From Bacteroidales bacterium (GTDB taxonomy: Bacteria; Bacteroidota; Bacteroidia; Bacteroidales; UBA7960): DNA of 64,000 nucleotides. Positions 56,951 through 64,000 of this stretch are shown in pieces. The notes under the pieces are model-generated. The model had not been told where the DNA came from and did no database searches. It saw nothing but the letters and a program-made list of their open reading frames with translations. The stretch covers positions 1,009 through 65,008 of the forward strand of contig DATIKH010000004.1 in NCBI GenBank assembly GCA_035477775.1, given 5' to 3'. Each line of letters begins with the position of its first letter. Position 1 is the first letter of the stretch. The position numbers were made by a program, and so were the translations under genes.

Positions 56951-58495
56951 ATGAATAAAATACAATTTTTTCTCATGGCGCTGGTTGCAATTTTTTTGGC
57001 TTCCTGCAACCGACAGCCAGTTTCGCACGGGCATGGGCACGGACACGGGCACACACACGATGTGATTGGCGGCCATACTCACGGCGAGGACGATCACGAT
57101 CATGGCGACGGAATGTTTAGCCATACTTTGTTTTCTGAAGAATATGAAATCTTTGTAGAGTTTCCGGCTCTTGTGGTCGGACAGATCAGCGAGTTTGCTG
57201 CCCATGTAACACAATTGAGCAATCACAAACCGCTTTCGGAGGGTAGCCTCACTGTGAGCCTTATTAAAGATGGCAGGGGAATCAGGCATCGTGTTGATTC
57301 TGCTGCTACTCCAGGGATTTTCAAACCGGCTCTACAGCCTACTGAAGCAGGTACCTTTCTGTTGTTGTTCGAGCTTACAGCAGAAGACAGGACGGTATCG
57401 TTCAGAGTACCCGATGTAGTGGTTTTTGCTGATGCTCATGATGCAGCCCATGCCACTGTTGAGCAACCCCATGGCGAAACTGTTTCCTTACTGAAGGAGC
57501 AGGCATGGCGTTCAGATTTTCTTACCCAGGTGGTACAGCCCAGGCCTTTCTATTCCATAATCAGAACATCGGGCAGGGTGAAAAGCCAGCCACAGGCACA
57601 GCTCTCGGTAAGCGCCCAGGTTCAGGGTGCCGTAAACCTTATGGTTGTGTTGGGTGAAAATGTAAACAGGGGCGACCTGATTGCCGTAATTTCTCCTACC
57701 GGGATCGAGAACAATACATCGCTATTACTCAACGAAAGCAAAATAGCATACGAGCGAAGCAGAGCAGACTACGAACGTTCGAAACCCCTGGCCAACAGGC
57801 AGATGTTATCACAGAGAGAGTTTCTGGAAATCCAGCAACGCTTCTTGCAAGATTCATTGCGTTTCAATCAGATAGCCCGCCTGGTGTCTCAACAAGGTCT
57901 TAGGGTAGTTGCTCCCATAAGTGGTTTTGTAAGTTCCATACCTGTAGCCAATGGGCAGTTTGTTGAAAGCGGCGCTACAATAGCATCTGTTACCAACAGG
58001 GCACCCGTTGTTATCGAAACCTTTGTCAATAAATCGGACTTCAGAAGGGTAGGAGGCATTTTCGATGCCAACTTCAGGATTCCCGGCGACGGCTCTACCA
58101 TTAACCTCAGGGAGATTAACGGCAGGGTAACATCCAACAATGCTTTTGTAAACGAGCAGGCAGCCCGCATTCCGGTGGTTTTCTCGGCACAAAACAACGG
58201 TGAACTTATGCCTGGAATGTTTCTTGAAGCTTACCTGAAAACAGGTAGAAAAGAACAGGCTCTGGTAGTGCCATTAACTGCCATAGTTGAAGAGCAAGGC
58301 TTACATTTTGTGTTCATCCAAACCGGTGGCGAATCGTTTGAAAGGCGACAGGTGCAAATCGCTGATAGCGATGGCAGGCTGGTTGAGATTCTTTCGGGGT
58401 TAAATCCCGGCGATAGGATTGTAAGTCGTGGAGCACAGTTGGTAAGACTGGCAGCTAAGGCAGGTGCACTTCCCCTCCATGGTCATACCCATTAA
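56951..58495 (+). CDS. czcB: Heavy-metal efflux RND periplasmic adaptor (CzcB/CusB-like) with His-rich termini
   Basis: 514 aa with a lipobox (FLASCN), an N-terminal GHGHGHGHTHDVIGGHTHGEDDHDHGD, a membrane-fusion-protein core (barrel-sandwich, hairpin and beta-barrel segments) and a C-terminal LHGHTH. Confidence 0.85.
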   Translation: MNKIQFFLMALVAIFLASCNRQPVSHGHGHGHGHTHDVIGGHTHGEDDHDHGDGMFSHTLFSEEYEIFVEFPALVVGQISEFAAHVTQLSNHKPLSEGSLTVSLIKDGRGIRHRVDSAATPGIFKPALQPTEAGTFLLLFELTAEDRTVSFRVPDVVVFADAHDAAHATVEQPHGETVSLLKEQAWRSDFLTQVVQPRPFYSIIRTSGRVKSQPQAQLSVSAQVQGAVNLMVVLGENVNRGDLIAVISPTGIENNTSLLLNESKIAYERSRADYERSKPLANRQMLSQREFLEIQQRFLQDSLRFNQIARLVSQQGLRVVAPISGFVSSIPVANGQFVESGATIASVTNRAPVVIETFVNKSDFRRVGGIFDANFRIPGDGSTINLREINGRVTSNNAFVNEQAARIPVVFSAQNNGELMPGMFLEAYLKTGRKEQALVVPLTAIVEEQGLHFVFIQTGGESFERRQVQIADSDGRLVEILSGLNPGDRIVSRGAQLVRLAAKAGALPLHGHTH

Positions 58496-58506
58496 TACCG
58501 AAAACC

Positions 58507-61500
58507 ATGTTGTTAAAAATTATTGATTATTCACTCAAGAACCGTTTGCTGGTGTTGTTCATGGCCGTGATCCTTACGGTTACGGGCACCTTTGTTACAA
58601 CCCGGATGGATGTTGATGTGTTTCCCGATCTTACAGCTCCCACTGTAGTGGTCTTAACTGAAGGCCACGGTATGGCTGCCGAAGAAGTGGAACGACTGAT
58701 TACATTCCCCATCGAAACAGCTGTAAACGGCGCTACCGGCGTTCGCAGGGTAAGATCTGCCTCAACCATTGGTTTTTCGTTGGTTTGGGTTGATTTTGAC
58801 TGGGGCACCGACATCTTTAGGGCACGGCAGATAGTAAACGAAAAACTTGCCATGGTGGCAGGTCAAATGCCTGCTAATGCAGGAATCCCCACGATGGCTC
58901 CCCAATCGTCGATTATTGGAGAGATTATCTTGCTGACCGTGTCGTCAGACTCCATCTCGCCCATGGAAGTAAGAACCATTGCAGACTGGCAGATTAGAAA
59001 CCGGCTGCTCTCGATTGCAGGCGTGTCGCAGGTAATGGTCATGGGCGGTGATTACAAGCAATACTTTATCGAAGCCGACCCTGAGAAGATGCACTTCTAC
59101 GGAGTGAGTCTCGAAGAGTTGGTGAAAGCCTCAGAAAACCTCAACGACAATGCTTCGGGAAGTTTCCTGAATGATTTTGGAAATGAGTATGTTATTCATG
59201 GCGTAATCCGCACCAACAATAAGGTGGATATCGGCAATTCGGTAGTAAAGGTGCACAACGGCAACCCCATCACCATAGGCGATGTAGCAACCATTAGAAC
59301 CGGAACGCCGCCCAAAATCGGGGCCGGTTTTCTGAACAGCAAACCGGCTGTGGTAATGACGGTGCTAAAACAGCCCGAAACCAATACCCTTGAGCTTACC
59401 GGTAGAATTGATGATGCCATTGAAACCCTTAGGGAAACCTTGCCGGGGCATGTGGAAATCAGGACGGATGTTTTTAGACAGGCCGATTTTATTCAAAGAG
59501 CAGTGAACAATGTTGCGGAGGCCCTTATACAGGGCGCTTTGCTTGTAGCCCTTGTGCTATTCCTGTTTCTGCTCAATACACGCACCACAATAATTTCACT
59601 CATTGCCATTCCGCTTTCGATGGTGGTTGCCATCATCGTTTTGGAAATATTGGGGCTTACAATCAACACCATGTCGCTTGGCGGTATGACCATTGCCATT
59701 GGCTCACTGGTTGATGATGCCATTATTGATGTGGATGTGGTGCTCAAACGCCTTAAAGAAAATTCCCGTTTGCCCAAAGAGCTACAGACCAGCAGCCTTT
59801 CGATAGTTTACAAGGCTACTGCCGAGATCATGCCTTCGATGCTCAATGCTACGCTGATTATCTCCGTTGCATTTATTCCGTTGTTCTTTTTATCCGGAAT
59901 GGAAGGACGTATGTTGCGACCTTTGGGTATAGCATTTTTGGTGTCGCTCTTTGCCTCACTGCTTGTAGCTATTTCTGTAACCCCTGTTCTTTGCAGCTAC
60001 CTGCTTACGACCGACAAGCAACTTGCAGCCCACACAACAGGCAGCCGCTGGGTGCGATGGCTCAACAAGCAATATGGAATGCTATTGGAACGCTCCATGA
60101 AGTACAAGAAGATTGTTCTTGGTGTTTCCGTTGGTTTGTTTTTTGGTTCCATGGTGATCATGTTTAATTTGGGAAGGAGCTTCCTGCCCGAATTTAACGA
60201 AGGCATGCTTTCTTTAAGTACGGTGAGCCTTCCCGGGCTTTCGTTGGACGAAAGTAACAAGCTGAACGAAAAGATTGAGCAAGAATTACTTGCCATGGAC
60301 GAAGTAAACACCGTGGTGCGTCGCACCGGCCGTGCAGAATTGGACGAACATGCTCAGGGAGTATTCTCTTCCGAAGTGGATGTGCCTTTCCAACTGAATG
60401 GGCGGCCTATGGACGAATTCATGGAAGACCTCCGCAGCCGCCTGGGTGGCCTGAGCGGAATCAACATCACCGTGAGCCAACCCATAGCCCACCGTATTGA
60501 CCACATGCTCTCGGGTACCCGTGCCAATATTGCCATAAAGGTTTTTGGAACCGACCTGAACAGGATGTTCACCATCGCAAACCAAATCAGCAGCAATATT
60601 TCGGGCATTGAGGGACTGGTTGATGTGAGCGTAGAACAGCAGGTGGGTGTGCCACAGTTGCAGATTATTCCACGACGCGAAATGTTACGGCAATATGGCA
60701 TCCCTCTCAATGATTTCTCCAAGTTTATCGAAGTGGCTTTTGCCGGCAAGAAGGTGTCCGAAGTTTTCGATGGCAACATGAGATTCGATCTGGTGTTGCG
60801 TTACGACGAGCGCAACCGCGAATCCATTGAGGCTGTCAGAAACACCCTGATTGATACCCACAACGGCAGCAAAGTTGCCCTGAGGGAAGTAGCCGATGTG
60901 GTATCGGCATCGGGTCCGCACACGATAGGCCGCGAAGATGTACACCGGAGGGTTGTGGTTTCGGCAAATGTTGCAGGCCGCGACTTAAGGGGTGTTGTAA
61001 CAGATGTGCAGAATACCATCGCCGAGAAGGTTGAACTGCCCGAAAATTATTATATCGTTTATGGAGGTCAGTTCGAAGCCGAAGAAAGGGCTGCAGGGCT
61101 GCTGTTCTACACTTCCATTCTGGCCATTTTTGTAATTTTCATGCTACTATTTATAGAATTCCGCAACCTGACTGTTTCAGGTGTTATTCTGCTCAACCTG
61201 CCTTTGGCATTGATTGGTGGAGTTGTGAGCATTTGGCTTACCTCGGGCATCCTGAGCATTCCGGCCATCATCGGGTTTATAACCCTGTTTGGTATTGCTA
61301 CACGCAACGGAATACTGTTGGTGTCGCGATACACCGCGCTACAGGACGAAGGTGTGCCACTTTACGATGCAATCATAAAAGGCTCCCTCGACAGGCTTAA
61401 CCCGATTCTAATGACCGCTATGACCGCTGCTTTGGCTGTTGTTCCCCTTGTTGTTGCAGGCGACCAGCCCGGCAATGAGATTCAAAGCCCCATGGCTTTG

Positions 61501-61596
61501 GTTATCTTAGGCGGGTTGTTCAGCTCAACCTTTTTGAACATTTTCATAGTTCCGGCAGCGTATTATTTCATCAAAAGAAAGGAACCCGCGAAATGA
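58507..61596 (+). CDS. czcA: CusA/CzcA-family heavy-metal efflux RND transporter
   Basis: 1029 aa with 12 TM helices and two large periplasmic loops. HME-RND signatures are present in TM4 (AIGSLVDDAIIDVD). Confidence 0.93.
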   Translation: MLLKIIDYSLKNRLLVLFMAVILTVTGTFVTTRMDVDVFPDLTAPTVVVLTEGHGMAAEEVERLITFPIETAVNGATGVRRVRSASTIGFSLVWVDFDWGTDIFRARQIVNEKLAMVAGQMPANAGIPTMAPQSSIIGEIILLTVSSDSISPMEVRTIADWQIRNRLLSIAGVSQVMVMGGDYKQYFIEADPEKMHFYGVSLEELVKASENLNDNASGSFLNDFGNEYVIHGVIRTNNKVDIGNSVVKVHNGNPITIGDVATIRTGTPPKIGAGFLNSKPAVVMTVLKQPETNTLELTGRIDDAIETLRETLPGHVEIRTDVFRQADFIQRAVNNVAEALIQGALLVALVLFLFLLNTRTTIISLIAIPLSMVVAIIVLEILGLTINTMSLGGMTIAIGSLVDDAIIDVDVVLKRLKENSRLPKELQTSSLSIVYKATAEIMPSMLNATLIISVAFIPLFFLSGMEGRMLRPLGIAFLVSLFASLLVAISVTPVLCSYLLTTDKQLAAHTTGSRWVRWLNKQYGMLLERSMKYKKIVLGVSVGLFFGSMVIMFNLGRSFLPEFNEGMLSLSTVSLPGLSLDESNKLNEKIEQELLAMDEVNTVVRRTGRAELDEHAQGVFSSEVDVPFQLNGRPMDEFMEDLRSRLGGLSGINITVSQPIAHRIDHMLSGTRANIAIKVFGTDLNRMFTIANQISSNISGIEGLVDVSVEQQVGVPQLQIIPRREMLRQYGIPLNDFSKFIEVAFAGKKVSEVFDGNMRFDLVLRYDERNRESIEAVRNTLIDTHNGSKVALREVADVVSASGPHTIGREDVHRRVVVSANVAGRDLRGVVTDVQNTIAEKVELPENYYIVYGGQFEAEERAAGLLFYTSILAIFVIFMLLFIEFRNLTVSGVILLNLPLALIGGVVSIWLTSGILSIPAIIGFITLFGIATRNGILLVSRYTALQDEGVPLYDAIIKGSLDRLNPILMTAMTAALAVVPLVVAGDQPGNEIQSPMALVILGGLFSSTFLNIFIVPAAYYFIKRKEPAK

Positions 61597-62765
61597 AGAA
61601 AGTAGTCTTGATGGTTTTATTTCTGGTGGGCCCTTTCCTGGGGTTCGGCCAATCGCTCGACAACCTGTTACAGAGCGTGGAGCAAAACAACCCGCGCCTG
61701 ATAGCCCTGGAGAAATGGCTTGAAGCTGAAGAAGTGAGGGCAAGGACAGGCATATATCCCGAAAACCCTGAAGTGAGCTTTAGTTATCTTTTCGGAAACC
61801 CTGAGGCTATTGGCAACCAGCAGGAGCTAGGTGTAATGCAAACTTTCAGGCTTCCATGGTATTACCTTTCCAAATCGGCTGTTCAACAGTTGACTTTTCA
61901 ACAGATGCAGGCTCTTGCTGATGTAGAGAGGCGCAATGTGATTCACTCAGCGCGTTCGGCGTTTTTTCGTCTGGTGATGCTTCACCAAAAAGCTACCATA
62001 TTGAAGTCTCGCCACGAGGATGTTACCTTATTGGTAGAACTTATGACCGAAGGATTTGAGGCTGGCGAAATATCCAGGCCGGTTTTGGATAAAGCCAGGA
62101 TACATGCCATTGGAGTGCAAACCGAGCTTCAAACAACGCTTTCGGATATCAATGTTCAAACCCACCTTTTAGCACAATTAGGTGTCGGATCTGATATTGA
62201 CAACATGACCTTTGAATACCCTAAGGATTGGGTGATTCCTGAGTTTAAGCAAATTTGGGCTAACCTTTCGGAGAACAATCCAAATCTGATAATTGCAAGG
62301 CTCGACATCCAGCAAAGCGAGGAGGAAATCCGGCATCAGCGGATGGCCAATTTGCCTGCACTTACTGCCGGATACCGCTCAGAAGCTATTCTCGATCAGT
62401 CGTTGCAAGGCTTTCAAGTAGGGATTACTATCCCCCTGTGGCAGAACAAAAACAGGTTGAGGCAGGCAAGGTTGGAGAACGCTTGGGCTACTGCAAATTA
62501 TTCGCAAAAGGAAAGCGAACTAATCACAGAAGTTTACGGTATTTACGAAGAGTTGCATGCACTTCATAGCGGCTATCAGCAAATGAAAGCTGTACTTGAC
62601 GAAGAGCAGGCATCCATTGGCAATCTGGAACTTTTGCGTGCTGGTCATATTTCATTTACCGAGTTTTTGGTAAATGCAGATTTGATTTGGGATGCCAGAT
62701 CCCGATTCTTACGGGCAGAAAACGATTATTTCGTGTTACTTAGCAAGCTAAAATCGCTGCTGTAG
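61593..62765 (+). CDS. TolC-family outer-membrane efflux protein
   Basis: 390 aa with a signal peptide and two repeated OEP helical/beta segments. It overlaps czcA by 4 nt (ATGA). Confidence 0.82.
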   Translation: MKKVVLMVLFLVGPFLGFGQSLDNLLQSVEQNNPRLIALEKWLEAEEVRARTGIYPENPEVSFSYLFGNPEAIGNQQELGVMQTFRLPWYYLSKSAVQQLTFQQMQALADVERRNVIHSARSAFFRLVMLHQKATILKSRHEDVTLLVELMTEGFEAGEISRPVLDKARIHAIGVQTELQTTLSDINVQTHLLAQLGVGSDIDNMTFEYPKDWVIPEFKQIWANLSENNPNLIIARLDIQQSEEEIRHQRMANLPALTAGYRSEAILDQSLQGFQVGITIPLWQNKNRLRQARLENAWATANYSQKESELITEVYGIYEELHALHSGYQQMKAVLDEEQASIGNLELLRAGHISFTEFLVNADLIWDARSRFLRAENDYFVLLSKLKSLL

Positions 62766-62868
62766 AATCTGCAGCATAAATTTTCAAATCATGGGTTGAT
62801 TTGGAATATGAGATTGTGCAAGAAACTTTTGCTGTTTCTTATTTATTTTGAAAACCCAACGAGTTTGG

Positions 62869-62895
62869 CAGGGAACCTAAGGTTCCCTGTTTTTT
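62869..62895 (+). terminator. Rho-independent terminator of the czc operon
   Basis: Perfect 9-bp stem cagggaacc/ggttccctg, loop taa, followed by T6. Confidence 0.8.
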
Positions 62896-63318
62896 AATCC
62901 CGAAGGATACTACCCGAGCGATTTATGCAGACTCATAAACATGGTGGGTTTTGCCGTCTTGCATGCAGTTTATCGAAGGGCAGAAAGACTCGAACCCGCA
63001 ATATCAGGATGCTCGGTTCTTGTATATTATCTTGTCGTTTTTAACTATTCACAAGGGGTTAACACTCACTCGTTTTTGGTTGTTAAACGGATGATAAAAT
63101 TGGAATTATGTCTGTAAAATGCTGAAGAACTACAAATTCTTGTTTTAAAATGCGCCGAAGAAACAAAACATTCTAAACAAGAAACACCACATCAAAAATT
63201 TTTTTACTGATAAAAAAATAATCATACATTTGCCGCCTGAAAAAAACAAACAATTACTTCAATGGACGAAGGCCCTTATCATAGTAAATTTTTAATTACA
63301 CTTCTGTAAGGGGGCTAC

Positions 63319-63348
63319 ACCTCCTTGCAGGTTATTAATGCAGGAGGT
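63319..63348 (+). promoter_or_regulatory. Hairpin sequestering a GGAGG Shine-Dalgarno-like element upstream of mgtE
   Basis: acctcc(t)tgca - ggttattaa - tgcaggaggt forms a 10-bp stem with a 1-nt bulge. The 3' arm contains GGAGG, 6 nt before the ATG at 63354. Confidence 0.4.
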
Positions 63349-63353
63349 ATAGC

Positions 63354-64000
63354 ATGACTAACTTTTATTCCGAATTACTGGATTTTCTCCAGAAAAAAGA
63401 CCTTAATTCCTTACGACAGAAACTGAAAGAATTGGATTCTTTCCAGATTGCTGCAACTATTGAGGATTTGCCCAAACCAAACGATGTTTTTCTATTCAGG
63501 TTATTACCCAGGGAGCTGGCCAAAGAAATTTTCAAGCACCTTTCGCACGACAAGCAGGAGGAAATTGTGGAGAGCTTTGCCAAAAACCTTGGTGAAATCA
63601 CCAATCTGCTCAACGACCTTGACCCTGACGACCGCACAGCATTTCTGGAGGAGCTACCTGGCGAGGTAACCCAAAAGTTGTTGCAGTACCTTTCTGAACA
63701 TGAACGCAGCATTGCTATCAAACTACTCGGATATCCAGAAGATAGCATCGGCAGGCTGATGACGCCTGAATATGTGTCGGTTAAACCATCTTTTACCATT
63801 GCCAAAACGCTTGACCACATACGAAAATTTGGACAAGACTCAGAAACTCTAAACAACATATATGTTGTTGACGACTCGCAGGTGCTTATCGATGAAATCC
63901 GCATCAAGGAGATCATCCTCGCTTCGCCCGAAAAATTGATTTCCGACCTGATGGACTACCGGTTTGTAGCCCTAAGACCCGATGAGGATCAGGAAAGAGC
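63354..64000 (+). CDS. mgtE: MgtE-family magnesium transporter, 3'-truncated by the window edge
   Basis: My own translation from the ATG at 63354 gives MTNFYSELLDFLQKKDLNSLRQKLKELDSFQIAATIEDLP...FRLLPRELAKEIFKHLS...DPDDRTAFLEELP...IGRLMTPEYVS, i.e. the MgtE N-domain entering the first CBS domain. This ORF is absent from the ORF track because it runs off the end. The listed antisense ORF 63365..63916 is its shadow. Confidence 0.88.
   Translation, partial: MTNFYSELLDFLQKKDLNSLRQKLKELDSFQIAATIEDLPKPNDVFLFRLLPRELAKEIFKHLSHDKQEEIVESFAKNLGEITNLLNDLDPDDRTAFLEELPGEVTQKLLQYLSEHERSIAIKLLGYPEDSIGRLMTPEYVSVKPSFTIAKTLDHIRKFGQDSETLNNIYVVDDSQVLIDEIRIKEIILASPEKLISDLMDYRFVALRPDEDQER

Noticed and set aside
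62975-63010. tRNA-like fragment: agactcgaacccgc resembles the T-arm and 3' end of the minus-strand tRNA-Thr at 21881-21953. It could be an att-site remnant of an integrated element.
   Set aside because: I could not fold a T-stem or an acceptor stem around it. Only ~13 nt match, and no integrase or second repeat copy is nearby.
62766-63353. M-box (ykoK) magnesium riboswitch upstream of mgtE.
   Set aside because: None of the conserved M-box segments I remember are visible. Only a local SD-sequestering hairpin is supportable; it is reported separately at low confidence.
1-64000. Many 60-280-aa ORFs in the ORF track that lie antisense to, or out of frame within, large genes. Examples are 7125..7880, 20830..21474, 24113..24961, 31789..32457, 41416..41865, 42499..43026 and 63365..63916.
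   Set aside because: They are shadow ORFs inside confidently identified genes (uvrB, queA, glnS, the sensor kinase, AOR, hsdM, mgtE). They show low-complexity or biased composition and no recognisable motifs.

Overview
This 64 kb window looks like chromosomal DNA from a member of the Bacteroidota. Supporting signs are a T9SS C-terminal sorting domain on a GH5 enzyme, TAnnTTTG-type -7 boxes, almost no Shine-Dalgarno sequences, and Bacteroidota-typical DUF families. An aldehyde:ferredoxin oxidoreductase suggests an anaerobe.

All protein assignments rest on motifs I could read in the supplied translations. No database search was possible.

Bases 1-42.4 kb are mostly housekeeping genes: dnaE (5'-truncated), trxA, uvrB, mutL, queA, ftn, tag, glnS, folB, trxB, tRNA-Thr(CGU) and tRNA-Cys(GCA). 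Interspersed are membrane and envelope genes: two rhomboids, a serpin, paralogous beta-barrel proteins, a tandem pair of HisKA_2-type sensor kinases, chrA, and an SDR-AOR pair.

The clear accessory region is 42.5-50.7 kb. It holds a type I restriction-modification locus (hsdM-hsdS ... hsdR) that is interrupted twice:
- by a tightly coupled two-gene cassette: a TcmP-like protein with a methyltransferase-like fold, plus a three-Cys DUF5131/Gp37-Gp68 protein. To my knowledge neither has a known function.
- by a REP-hairpin array surrounding an IS200-like Y1 (RAYT-type) transposase.

All three hsd genes also carry in-frame copies of a GC-rich palindromic motif (CTGAGCCTGTCGAAGG and its complement).

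Bases 54.5-64 kb form a metal-homeostasis cluster: corA, two extremely His-rich small proteins, a CzcB-CzcA-TolC efflux operon, and mgtE (3'-truncated).

The best candidate for an undescribed system is the TcmP/DUF5131 pair embedded in the R-M operon.
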